From contig JAGIQG010000020.1 in NCBI GenBank assembly GCA_024679065.1, positions 21,948,001 through 22,012,000 of the forward strand: a stretch of 64,000 nucleotides of DNA. The letters are read 5' to 3'. Shown here in pieces: positions 23,048 to 35,076 of this stretch. This stretch comes from Sphyrna mokarran (Eukaryota). How positions within the stretch are numbered: position 1 is the first letter of the stretch; the number at the start of each line of letters is the position of its first letter. The notes beneath the pieces were generated by a model. That model did not search any database. It was not told where the DNA came from and worked only from the letters and a program-made list of their open reading frames with translations. Made by a program: the position numbers and the translations under genes.

Positions 23048-23185
23048 TACACCATTAGTGGAAAGAAAGTAGAAGTGGCGGTGAAGCAGATTATCGCTGG
23101 CAAGGACGTCAAGCAGCGGAGCGCCTTCTCAAATCCGGAATCTCTGGACCTTTACAAGAATATTCCTGAACTCCAGAACTTCTGA
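23048..23185 (+). CDS. AACS: Acetoacetyl-CoA synthetase, terminal coding exon (138 nt incl. TGA; likely exon 18)
   Basis: Strong polypyrimidine tract then ctctcag|. Translates [45 protein letters not shown], including the P.T..GK catalytic lysine motif. Confidence 0.97.
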   Translation, partial: YTISGKKVEVAVKQIIAGKDVKQRSAFSNPESLDLYKNIPELQNF

Positions 23186-23208
23186 GTGTTTTATGTAAAT
23201 ATGTGCAA

Positions 23209-23214
23209 AATAAA
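23209..23214 (+). terminator. Proximal poly(A) signal candidate for AACS
   Basis: AATAAA 24 nt after the stop codon, with GU/U-rich sequence (ttttgtgttttg) downstream. Confidence 0.4.
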
Positions 23215-24368
23215 TTTTATTTAACAGTAACTATGTCATTGGCAAGATAGTTGGTGCAGTTTTGTGTTTGATTATGTTTTTCTATGCTCCTTCAACAGAG
23301 AACATACTTTTAAACCTAGACTGTCAACAGTGCAGATAGAATGTGGGCAACTTTATTTGAACCCAACACTTGGAATAGTGACAGGATCTGGTGCAGCGCT
23401 GATGTTGCTCGCCATTGATGTCAATGGCATGTAATATTGGTTAGAGTGCAAAATTAGTACGCTATTCAATCTTGCGGATTCTTGGGTACAATTAGGTTAA
23501 AGAGTCGCCCAGCCTGTGCATATCTTACTTTGAATATGGACTTCCTGAATTTGAATACAAAATACAATAATAGTTGATGAAATTAAGGTATTGTAACTTA
23601 TTTTTGATCTTTTAAATCAATTTGAATTTAATGGATGAATTTGTTTTTTTTTTAATTGAGCTTCCAGTCTGAAGATCTTGCTGTTAATGTTATGGAGAAA
23701 GATGTTTCTTTTATCTGTACCAGTGTTATGTGGCGTTTTATGGAAATAATTTCACACAGTAAAACACACAGTGGACTTGCACTACACAGTTACATGTACA
23801 CAGTTCATTTAATTGGGCAAGATCGATCGGGCAAGAATGCTTTTATTTTGGAAGGCACCACTTTATCTGGGAAGAAATGTGACTATTTAGGTCGGAGGTA
23901 GTCATTCACCTCAGCGAGAAATCGGTGTCGATCAAAATTATCATTATACCATGTTAAATGGGTAGGATAGTGGTAACAATAAGGTATCGCAAGCACGTCC
24001 ATAGTTTTCTTGGTCTTTCCTTTGTCCCTGTTTCTCAGTTGTAATCTCAGAATACCTTTGAAAAATGTCTGCTTGTTTGTCTCTCAGTAGAAGATTTTCT
24101 AACGCACAATAGCAATGGCTCTGCTTGTTTTGTATCCTGGGCTTATTAGATTCTTTACAGATCCCATTAAAGATGGGCCTGACTTTCAAAATGCCATGGA
24201 TGGCAAATGGTGGTGTTGTACATTGTGGTGTTGCATGATCTTCCAATATTCACAAAACTGTCCATTTCCATGCTTACAACTCTAGGAATTGATGTAAAAG
24301 ATAATGCATTTTATCTTGACTGCATATGTTTTAAGTACAAATCCTGTAAATTGTAATGTTCTTTTGAG

Positions 24369-24374
24369 AATAAA
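24369..24374 (+). terminator. Distal poly(A) signal candidate for AACS (~1.2-kb 3' UTR)
   Basis: AATAAA preceded by several TGTA elements and followed by a T run. Repeat-free sequence ends just after it. Confidence 0.55.
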
Positions 24375-24819
24375 AATTCTTATTGTAAACCCAAGCGATT
24401 CAAACTCATTTCAGTAGCAGTTTGTCGAACACAGAGTAATTTTTTTTTTACAACTAAAAACGAAGTGTTGGAAAAATTCAGCAGGTCTGGCGGCATCTGT
24501 GAAGAGAGAAACCGAGTTGATGTCTCGAACTCATTGTGACTTTTCAGAATTGATGAGAGGGAGAAATGTGATAGGCATTATGCTGTTGAAGAAGTGGGGA
24601 GGAGCAAGTAGTGCAAAAAGGAAGGTCATTGTTACAATCACAGCAGGCGTTATTGTCTGAACAAGCCAAATCTCAGAGGGAAACTTGTCTTACTGATTCT
24701 AGGATTTAAAAAAATAGATTTATAAGAAAAATAATTTGAAAGCAGATTAAAGTTACACAGTTAAAACAGCCCTATGGAATATCCCCTGGAAAAAATACTT
24801 CTTGGGAGCACATAGATAA

Positions 24820-25108
24820 GGGTGGTTCAGTGGCATAGTATTTCTGCCTCATAGTGCCAGAGATCGGTTTCAATTCCTGGCTTAGATCACTGACTGTATG
24901 GAGTTTGGATGTTCTCTCCACGCATGGATTTCCTCCAGGTGTTCCGATTTCCTCCCACAGTCTAAAAATCATGTTGGTTAGATGCATCGGCCATGCTAAA
25001 CTCTCCCTCCCAGGCAAGTGCCAGAATGTGGTGAGTCAGGAATTTTCACAGTAACTTCATTGCAGTGTTAATGTAAGCCTACTTGTGACACTAATTAATA
25101 AGCTACTT
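24820..25108 (+). mobile_element. V-SINE, tail type B
   Basis: Head, V-domain, then ttttcacagtaacttcattgcagtgttaatgtaagcctacttgtgacactaattaata. Confidence 0.85.
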
Positions 25109-25252
25109 AGAAACCACTCATAGATTTTCATTATAAAAATCTTGTACTGCCCAGTATTATTTAGCAAAGGTATGCCACATCACACCTCAAACACTTCCAT
25201 TCTGCTGTGGAAATTCAAAGAAAATTCAGAAACATTTAACTTCCTGAAATGA

Positions 25253-25444
25253 AGGCTGGAGTCCTTTGGCCATTCACGCTAGAGGGATCTCTGGTTCTAC
25301 CAGCAGTGCACCTCCGCCCGCAGGTTTCCTGGATATCCCATTTTGTATGTTATTCCTGGGACCAGACAGTCCCATCGTCAGTGATTGGAATACCACCACC
25401 TGTCACCAAGAAACACATTGCAGGGAGGTCAGAGAATCCCACCC
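25253..25444. mobile_element. Harbinger-type MITE (~190 bp)
   Basis: Right TIR agagaatcccaccc; the body resembles the copy at 63024-63193. Confidence 0.55.
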
Positions 25445-26089
25445 AGAGCCTTTCCTGACTGATCTGACTAAACAGATGTTTCCAATTTTACACCTCCTCT
25501 CAGCACAGAGCTGGTCTCAGTACATCTCCCTCACACAGCCGGTGTAACTTCAGCTCAACATCTTTACTTAATTATCCTTCATTCCTTTCAACTCCAATTC
25601 TGTTGTCCTTGCACCTCGTTGAACTAAATTTTCCAAAATATGAGAATCTTCCATGTTTTCCTATTGGCTCAAAGAAAATGCATCCAATAAAATTTAATAA
25701 CTTTCCCTTTATTTATGAAACCTGTATAATTTGTAAAAGTCCCTTTAAAGTCCTCTTCAAAATTTAACATCTAAAAGCCAAGTCCCTATCTATCTGATGC
25801 AAATTCTTAAACATAACAAAAACCCAGCCTATTTCCATAGCCTCTCATTACAAATGCATAAATAGCACAATTTATCCCTTTTATCTCACTGCTTACAGTT
25901 AAGCTGTCTCGATCAAAAACTCCAGCATAATCAAATTGTGTATGTATGTGTGTGTGTGTATACACACACACGCCCGCTCTGCCGCCTTTACAGAAAACCA
26001 TCATCCCAAAATAGCAGCCATCTTCACAGTCATGGAAAGATTAGGCGTTGTGGGGTTAGTGTGGGGTCGGGGGATTAAATGACAAAGAT

Positions 26090-26930
26090 TCCAATTCGAT
26101 TTTCAAGTTTGCTGACGACAGTATCATGGTGGGTCGCATGTCAAACAACAAAGAGACAGAGAATCTGGTGAACTGATGTGACAACAATAATCTCTTCCTC
26201 AATGTCAACAAAATGAAGGAGATTGTCATTGATTTTGGGAAGTGTAAAGGAGAACATTCCCCTATTTACATCAACGGGGACAAAGTAGAAAGAGTTGAGA
26301 GCTTCAAGTTTTTAGGTGTCCAGATCATCCTGGTCCCTCCCATGCTAACACTATAGTTAAGAAAAAAGCCCACCAACGCCTCTACTTTCACAGAAGACTA
26401 AGGAAATTTGGTACGTCAGCTACGACTCTCACCAGCTTTTACAGATATACCATACAAGGCATTCTTTCTGGTTGTATCATTGCTTGGTACGGCTCCTACC
26501 CTGCCCAAGACTGCAAGATATTACAAAAAGTAGTGAATATAGCCCAATCCACCATGCAAACCAGCCTCCCATCCATTGACTCTGGTACACTTCCCACTGC
26601 CTTGGCAAAGCAGCTGGCATAATTAAGTAACCTATACACCCCGGACATTCTTTCTTCCATCTTCTTCTATCAAGAAAAAGATACAAAAGTCTGAGGTCAC
26701 ATGCCAACCGACTCAAACAGCTTCTTCCCTGCTGCCATCAGACTTCTGAATGGACTTACCTTGCATTAAGTTGATCTTTCTCTACGTCCTAGCTATGATT
26801 GTAACTAGATTCTGCACTCTCTCGTTTTCTTCTCTATAAACAATATGCTTTATCTGTGTACCGCACAAGAAACAATACTTTCACTGTATGTTAATACATG
26901 TGACAATAACATATCAAATTGAATCAAAAT
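26090..26930 (+). mobile_element. 5'-truncated Rex1/Babar-type LINE
   Basis: FKFADD...NNLFLNVNKMKEIVIDF, tail tttcactgtatgttaatacatgtgacaataa followed by (atcaa)-like repeats. 7-bp TSD caaagat at 26083-26089 and 26931-26937. Confidence 0.88.
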
Positions 26931-27819
26931 CAAAGATGTCGTGATGCAAATGGCTGACAGAATGATAATGGTAGTAGTAAAGAAACAAAACGTTTGTCCA
27001 GAAAAGATTTTAATGTCAGATAAAAGTCAGTGCTACCTGAAATCAAAACATGAGAATAAGATATGGACTGGCAATGAGTGGGGCGGGGGAACATAAAAAA
27101 TGGGCCATCAAGATCATGGTCTGAACTTGTCAAACTCAAGGTTCAGTCCAGAAGGCTGTGAAGGGACTAATCAGGAAATGTAGTGCTGCTCCTCAAGCTT
27201 GAGTTGGGTTTCACTCGAATAGTGCAGGAAGCTGATGACAGAAATATGAGCTTGAGAGCAAGAGTTGTGAATTAAAGTAGGAAGTGGCTAGCAAGTCATG
27301 TTTGTGGACTGAATGGAGATATTACAGAAGTGGGTCACTCTGTCTACGTTTAGCCTTCCCATTGCAGAGTAGACCACATATGAGATGTGAAAACAATAGA
27401 CTAAACTGCTTGGAGTACAAGTCAATTGCTGCTTCATCTGGAAGGCGTGCTTGGGGTCTCAAACAGTAAGGAAGGTGGAGATAAAGGCAGGTGTTATCGC
27501 TCCTGCCAGTTGCTCAGGATGTTGTTGGAGTGTGACAGAGGAATAGATGAAGGTGTTGTGGAGGGAGCAGTCCCTATGAAATTCTGACAGCAGAGAGGAG
27601 GGGAAGTCATATTTGGTGGTGGCATCAAGTTGGAGTTGGCAGTTGATAATCCTTTAAATATGCATGCTGGCGGCGTAGAAAATGAGAACAATGGGAGTCC
27701 TTTCATAGTTCTGGGAGGGAGGGGAAGACGTGAGGCTAGAAGTTTGGGAAATTAATACTGTCTAACACAGTGGAAGGGATTCATTGGTTGAGGAAAAAGG
27801 ATGACATGGAAGCATAGAA

Positions 27820-28122
27820 CAGTACGGTAATACAGTGGTTAGCACTGCTATCTCACAGCACCAGGGACACAGGTTCAATTTCCAGCTTGGGTCACTCTCT
27901 ATGCAGAGTCTGTACATTCTCCATGTGTCTCTGTGGGTTTCCTCTGAGTGCTCTGGTTTCCTCCCACAGTCTGAATGATGTGCTGGTTAGGTGGATTGCC
28001 ATGCTACGTTCTCCCTCAGCGTACTTGAACAGGCACCGGAGTGTGGCGATTAGGGGATTTCCATAGTAACTTAATTGCAATTAATGTAAGCCTACATTTG
28101 ACTAATAAATAAACTTTAACTT
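27820..28122 (+). mobile_element. V-SINE, tail type B
   Basis: Head cagtggttagcactgct, V-domain and type B tail ending actaataaataaacttt. Confidence 0.85.
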
Positions 28123-29333
28123 GTGGAAGATAACATGATTGGAGATGGAAAAACTGGGAAAATGAAATGAAGTTCTTACAGAAAACATGGTGTGAGGTGA
28201 GTAGTTGAAGTAGCTCAGGGTGGCTTGTAATGAATATTGGTAGACACTCTATTTCCAGAATTGGAGAAGCATATATCAAGGAAGGACAGGGAAATGTCAA
28301 CGATGGAACACAAGGAGGTGAGAGGCAGGTGGAAATTGGAAACAAAATTTATTAATTTTCCTACTTCTGGGTGTGAGCAGAAAGTGGCACCGATAAAGTC
28401 GTTAATGTGTTAGACAGAGTTGTGAGAAACTGCCTTTGTTGGACTGGAAGAAGGAAAGCTCTACCTATCCCACAAAAAGACAGGTACAATTAGGGCCCAG
28501 CCACGATTAAAGGAGAATGTTCAATGGGCAAAGAGGTTCAGCCTGGAGAATGATGGATAGAGTTTGTCTGAGCCTCTGTTCATGCAGAGCCCTCAAACTG
28601 TCCTGCTGAGCAAAGGAAGTGTAGAGGGATTGGATATCCAAGGTGAACAGAGCTAATTAGGAAGCTGGGAATTGGTGAAATGCTGCAGGATGTCAGAAGA
28701 ATCACGAATGTGGATGGAAAGGAACTGGACAAAGGAAGAGAAAATGGATTTAGGATAGGAGGAAATGAGTTTACTGGGGCAGGAAGAGGCTGAAACAGGA
28801 TGGTCCTGTTTGTGGAATTTGGGAAGGAGGTAGAAGTGGGAGGTGCAGTGTCGGTGGACTATGAGGTTAAAGATTGTTCAGGGAAGATCTCCAGAGAAAA
28901 TTAGATGAATGACGGTGCGAGGAGTAATAGCTTAATGTTCATTGGTGAGTCATAGTCCAGGGGAGGCAGGAAGAAATATTTTAGAGTTGGCACTTAGCCT
29001 CTGTAATGTAATGGTTGGTGAGCCAGATATCAACAGTGTCACAGTTGCCAATAGGTTTGATAAAGTCAGGGTATACCTGAGAGAAAAAAGTGCAATGTGT
29101 TCCACATGCGACAGATTATTGTGTGAGGGCAGTAAAGAAATTAAGGTGGCCAATATCATGCCAACAGCTCTCAATGGGATGGTCAAGGTGGGTAAGAGGT
29201 CAGAGGTTGAGATCCAGTAGAGGGACACTACTGGAGTTGGGTAAAAGAGTCCACTGAGGTGTTGGAGGGAGAACTGAGCATGGAGACTAAGGTGACTGAA
29301 GAAGAGTCCAAAATTGTTCTAAGCCAAAGATTG

Positions 29334-29632
29334 GAATCATAGAAACCTACAATGCAGAAAGAGGCCATTTGGCCCTTTGAGTCTGCACCAGCCACAATCC
29401 CACCCCCATCCCTACACATTTATGCACTAATTCCCCACAACTCAGGGCACTAAAGGGCAACCTTAGCATGGCCAGTCAACCTAACCCGCACATCTTTGGA
29501 CTGTGGGAGGAAACCCATGCAGACACGAGGAGAATGTGCAAACTCCACGCAGACAGTGACTCAAGCCAGGGATCGAACACAGGTCACTGGAGCTGTGAAG
29601 CAGCAGTGCTAACCACTGTGCCAACATGCCAC
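29334..29632 (-). mobile_element. HE1-type V-SINE (type A)
   Basis: Head, V-domain and CR1-type tail on the minus strand. Confidence 0.88.
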
Positions 29633-30225
29633 TATGGTGGGGATGTAAGGGGATAAAACAAAGTCCTTTGATAAGCACAAATTATTCAGCATCAGACAGG
29701 GGAAGGTCAATGGGTAAAGTGAATACACAGCAAGAGGTGGGATTGGAAGAAGGGATAGAGTCAGGAAAGAGAAAGTGAGGGACATTGGTACCATAAATTG
29801 TTGGAACTTGTGTTCCTTAATACCTCAAAGGAAGAAAAAAGTTCCTTGTTACAGTGTCAAATAAATAGAGGACAAAATTAAACATGGAGACCAGGACAGG
29901 GTGAATTGGCTCTGCTGAAGAGAAAGTTTGAGTGTATACACATAGCAGCACATAGTGTGTGTGGATCTCAGGAGCAGCCAAGGAATGTTGTATGACTCAG
30001 AGATACTTTACATCCTGGACAGATTTGAAATATGAAGGCTGGGTTGAAATTCATACGGGGTAAGTTGGAGCTAGAGACAGTCATTGAAGAAGGAAGGATT
30101 ACTACAGGTAGTCAATTGGTAAGTGCCATGAGTTACTTTCATCTAATTTATCACTAACAGGGAAAATAACCTATCATAGTGCCATGTGGATTCTTCCATC
30201 CCCATCCACATCCTTCCGCTCATCC

Positions 30226-30480
30226 CACAATGGTTAGCACTGCTGCATCACAGCATTAGGGACTGAGTTGAATTTGAGTCACTGTCTGTGCGTGGGTTTC
30301 CTTTAGGTATTCCAGTTTCCTCCACAGTCTGAAACATATAATAGTTAAGTTCATTGACTATGCTAAATTCTTCCTTAGTGTAGCCGAACAAGCACCAGAG
30401 TGTGGTAACTGGAGGATTTTCACAGTAACTTCATTGCAATGTTAATGTAAGTCTACTTGTGACTAATAAATAAACTTTAC
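30226..30480 (+). mobile_element. V-SINE, tail type B
   Basis: caatggttagcactgctgc...ttttcacagtaacttcattgcaatgttaatgtaagtctacttgtgactaataaataaac. Confidence 0.85.
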
Positions 30481-30625
30481 CTCTCATGCCATGTTCCTTC
30501 CATCCATCCAATGCAATCACTATTTGTCTTTTGGAACGTCTACTTCCCTTTTCAATCCCATTTCTTCCTTGACAGAAACAGTCTTTCCAGCGAGAACAAC
30601 TTTGTTGTTGGGCTCCCTTGACCTT

Positions 30626-30820
30626 CTGATTTGATTTGATTATTTTTGTCACGTATATTTGGATACAGTGAAAGGTATTTTTTTTTTGCGCTACATAGAC
30701 AAAACATATCCTTCATAGAATACGTAGGGGAGAAGAAAAGCAGAGGGTGCAGAATGCTCTGTTACAGTCACAGCCAGGGTGCAGAGAAAGATCAACTTAA
30801 TATATGGCAGGTCCATTTTT
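30626..30820 (-). mobile_element. Rex1/Babar LINE 3' UTR fragment
   Basis: (gattt)n then tgtcacgtat...tacagtgaaa...gagaaagatcaacttaat...ggtccatt. Confidence 0.8.
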
Positions 30821-31379
30821 TGCTCTCCATCAATCCCAGCATCAGGCATCCTGGTCCTCTGTGTGCCCACATGTGCGTCTGTGTGTGCGCATGTGTGGTA
30901 TTGCCTGCTAAATACATCCATGAACAGACATGCCCCTTAAACTGACTAATGAAAACAACCTGAACATGCAAAAACAGACCAATCTATAGATTCAGGTCAC
31001 AAGAAAAAAAACTCTAATGCCATTTTGGATCATGGTCTTGCTTGATTTACCTGCAATGCATTAAATTTGTTTGGGTGGTGAGGTGGTGGGGAGGCAGCTC
31101 TATCATTTATAACCTCTGGAAAGCATAATTGCATGGCAGCAGAACCCTCCCTTCATTTTAATTCCATCACAGGGTATAATTTAGAAGCTCCACAAAATAC
31201 AGACAGTGCAGTGAATACTGGAAAATTGCCAACTCTAGATTTATGCAGTCCATGTTAACACTCCTGGTTTATACAATATTTATTAATTATATATTAGTAC
31301 TTTAATGCAGGTCAGTCACCTTTGACCCAGAGACAGTACTGCAAGAAAACTTTGAAATTTCATTGAAAGTCTCGTGGAA

Positions 31380-33073
31380 TTTGCAGTTTTTAAAAATGTT
31401 TAAAAGGACTTGCATCAATTGTAAAGAGATTAGTAGTTTTTATTTTCTGGACAATAAGAAATACTGGCCCATGTGACCTGGTAATCCTTAACATGAAACC
31501 GATAGCAGACATAACTGAGAGCTGAAGACACAAAGGAGAGCCACAAACAGGAGGAGCTGGAGGTTGAAGGCAATTAGTGCACAGACACAAAGAGAAAGAA
31601 AACTAATAGACTGAGGAATGCAGAAGATTCTTGCGGGGAGAAGAAGCAAATAATTGTCAGGAAGAGGTCAGTTTTTCTGTTCAGCAGAAAAGAAGACAGA
31701 AGCTCTTGAAGATATTATGTGAGCTGGCTAAAAAGGTCTAAAACCTGGAAAGCTGTGCAAATAGCTCAGAGATACTAATGAGCTGGATGCATTCCCAGAA
31801 GTAACAACTCATGAATAGGGGTCTTAATTATTGGTCAGTTGAAAAGTGACTTTGGAAAGCTACCCCAACAAGACTGTATAATTAAGGGAGAGAGGATTTA
31901 TGAAAGTGAATCTTGTAGATGATAATCATACCCATTGAAACTCAAAGATAAAATTTGTTATTGGATAAGTCTCGTGACCTACCCTGTGTGAATAAGGAAA
32001 TGCATATTGAGGAATTGTATTGTAGGAACATATTGTAGCTACGCAGTGCCACATCTGTGCAGCAAGCGATTTTTGATTTGATTTATTATTATCGCATGTA
32101 TTAGCATACATTGAAAAGTATTGTTTCTTGCACATCATACAGACAAAACATACAGTTCATAGAGTGCAAAGGGGAAAGGAAAGGCAAGGGTACAGAATGT
32201 AAAGTTACAGTCATAGCCAGAGCAAAGAGAAAGATCAATTTAATGTGAGGTAAGTCCATTCAAAAGTCTGATGACAGCAGGGAAGAAGCTCTTCCTAAAT
32301 CAGTTGGTATAAGATCTCAAGCCTTTGTACCTTTCTCTTGATGGAAGAAGCTGGAAGAGAGAATGTCCGGGTGCTTGCGGTCTTTGATTACGCTGACTGC
32401 TTTTCCAAGGCAACAGGAAGTGTAGACAGAGACTTGCGTGATGGACTGGGCTTTGTTCATGATCCTTTGTAGTTTCCTGCCATCTTGGGCAGAGCAGGAA
32501 CCATGCTAACCTGTGATACAACCAGAAATAATTCTTTCTATGGTGCATCTGTAAACATTGGTGAGAGTTTTAGTGGACATGCTAAATTTCCTTAGCCTCG
32601 TTAAAAAGTAGAGGCATTGGTGAGCTTGTTTAACTATAGCTTCAGTGTGGAGGGACCAGGACAAGTTGTTGGTGTTCTGGGCACCTAAAAACTTCAAGCT
32701 TTCAACCATTTCCAATTCATCCCTGTTGATGTATACAGGAGTATTCCTCCTCTGCACTTCCTGAAGTTGGTGACTGTTTCCTTCATTTTGTTGATATTGT
32801 GGGCGAGATTATTGTCATTGCACCATTTCACCAGATTCTCTCTATCTTGTAATTGGGTAAGGTTGTTGTATCAAATACTTAAAGTTTATCTCCTTATATA
32901 AAGTGTTAATTCATGCAGAATTTGCATTGGATCTGATTCAAATAAAAGCTACGAAAAGTAGATCCCTGTTGGTAACTCCTTAATTGTAGGAATGGGGTGG
33001 AGGGGGAAGGGAGGGAGGTTACTCAGAAAATTTGGTTATTTTAGTTGATGGTTTCTCCATGGGGATCATAACA
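31380..33073 (+). mobile_element. LTR-like element interrupted by a Rex1 LINE
   Basis: Ends gggatcataaca with an upstream AATAAA (32941). The reverse complement of this end starts the fragment at 53863. Left boundary uncertain. Confidence 0.45.
32069..32843 (-). mobile_element. 5'-truncated Rex1/Babar-type LINE
   Basis: ORF 32506-32757 reads PVYINRDELEMVESLKFLG...NNLSWSLH...VKQAHQCLYFLTRLRKF...YRCTIERIISGCIT. Confidence 0.88.
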
Positions 33074-33641
33074 CCAGCGTAGTAGAGGGAGTATCCTCTA
33101 TCTCTTTCTAAGCCAGTGAATCTTATGCGTCACAATTATATAACAAGGTCAGTGGGAGCAATTTTTACCTAACTTGTCCATTGGGAAACCGATTCATTCA
33201 GCTTTCTGGTTAAATTCTCCATTTAAGTTAAGTGTAACAGTGGATGGGGCATGAAACTGACATTATACTCAATCATATCAGATTTCTGACACGTGGCTGC
33301 ATTAAAATAACTCTTGTGATTTATAAGTCAAACAGATGTGTTGATATGATTATATCTGTGGCCAAGGTATACCATTTGAAATCAGCAGTTTAATCATTGT
33401 AAATAAATTTGGAGTAAGGCACTCAGTTGAGTCTCAACAATCAGCAACAGACTTCAAATTCATGCATCTCCTTAATAGTAAAATAACATCATTACACTGG
33501 TTAAACAAATCTATGTTGTCCTTCTGAAGTAGATGAGAGTTAGTCTGAAATGCTTGAGTAATTTCAGAAGTTGAGCAATTAATATCAAGTATGAAATTTG
33601 CAGGAGTTCTTGGTTCCACTCCCAATTAAGTTAATTTTAAA

Positions 33642-34010
33642 AAGAAAGTTGCATTTCATAGCATCTTGCATGACCTTTCAGTCACGAGCCCATTTGCATG
33701 AGCAAACAACAAAAGAGTGTGATAACAGTGAATTTGTCTTTGTGATTGTTGTTGGATGAACATTGTCGAGGACGCTGAACATAACCCCTGCTCTGCTTTC
33801 AAATAATGCTGCAAGCTATGTTACACCCACTGCATAGAGCAGGTGGACCCTCAGCCTGACATCTCATCAGTAAGCAGGTATATCCAGCATTGCTATATCC
33901 CCTTAATATCCCACTGGAGTATTAGTTTAGATTGTTGATTCTCTGGATTGGGGCTGGAGCTTGCACTCTGTGACTTAAGTGAGAATGCTACCAACCTAAG
34001 CCATGACTGG
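33642..34010 (-). mobile_element. SacSINE1-like DeuSINE (decayed)
   Basis: Reverse complement of the 255-652 organisation (cccctgctctgctttcaaataatgc...cccactggagtattagtttagatt...agccatgactg). Confidence 0.65.
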
Positions 34011-34230
34011 AGCTCTTTACATATAATTCCTAAACTCAAAATGTTGAGTCAAAATATATGCTGAAGACATACTGGATTTCTGCCTTTGACTGTTTAAAAT
34101 GTGAATTTCTAATCAATTTCTCTTCCGTGCTCATGCATTTTTTTTTTATTTGGCACACACCATTTAATGCATTTCATTCCTTCTTCCATTATTCAGTTAG
34201 TTGTTGAGTTTAGAATTAATTTAGAAACAA

Positions 34231-34680
34231 GTAGCACAGTAATTAGCATTGCTCCTTAGTGCCTGGGATGCGGGTTCAATTCTAGTTTTGGATGACTGTG
34301 TGGAGTTTGCACATTCTCCCTGTGTCTGCATGGGTTTCCTCTGAGTGCTCCATTTTCTTCCCGCAATCCAAAGATGTGGGGGTTAGATGAATTGGCCATG
34401 CTAAATTGCCCCTTAGTGTCCCAAGATGTGTAGGTTAGGGGGATTAGCTACAGTAAATGTGTGGGATTACAGGGATATGGTGGGGAGAGGGCCTGGGTAA
34501 GATAGTCCCAAACAGGTGTCGGAATGTGGTGACTAAGAGATTTTCACAGTAACTTCATTGCAGTGTTAATGTAATATACTTGTGACATTAACAAATAAAT
34601 AACTACTTTGTCAGAGAATTGGTGCAGACTTGATGGGCTGAATGGTCTCTTCTGCACTTTAGGGCTTCTATGATTCTTGT
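34231..34680 (+). mobile_element. HE1-type V-SINE with a type B tail fragment inserted into its type A tail
   Basis: The type A tail breaks at gggtaagata, a type B tail occupies 34505-34603, and type A resumes with tactttgtcagagaattggtgcagacttgatgggc. Confidence 0.8.
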
Positions 34681-35076
34681 ATGACTCCATGAATGCAACA
34701 AAATAGTTCAGCATCAGACATTGGCCCATTCGCGTGACCTAAAGCACATCTCCTTCTGCAAAGTGGTTTGCAGCCTTTGAAACTTCGAAATCCAGTGCAC
34801 ATGTTAATGCGGGTTGATTCACAGCTGAAATTTCAACACTAACATTTTATTTAATTACTCATTCAGGTTTAATGTCTTCTTTATGGAAATGAGAGCTCTG
34901 CATTTTCCAACTTTTCTTCGATCTGACAACATTTAATTCAGACACATTAGCCTGAAAGGTTGTTAAAGTTCCTTTCGACATTGCTGAGCTTTTTTCCCAC
35001 AAACACAAACCATTGGAAAGGACAATGCCTGGATGTTTGGAAATAACGCATTATTAGCAAGTGCAGCGGGAAGTAT

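Larger units (their letters stand above)
24630..26028 (-). mobile_element. Solo LTR with a nested SINE and MITE
   Basis: TG...CA ends (tgttac / ttcaca) with an exact 5-bp TSD gtcat at 24625-24629 and 26029-26033. Confidence 0.75.
24446..30110 (-). mobile_element. Large decayed Penelope-like element (RT + GIY-YIG), host of multiple insertions
   Basis: The minus strand at 27115-27470 translates ...LTCTPSSLVYC...CGLLCNGKAKRRQSD...YFNS...KLEEQHYIS*LVPSQPSGLNLEFDKFRP*. Terminal repeat at 24446-24560; RT and N-terminal remnants extend to ~30110. Confidence 0.75.

Noticed and set aside
25938-25972. (TG)n-TATA-(CA)n self-complementary microsatellite
   Set aside because: It is an ordinary compound microsatellite inside a solo LTR.
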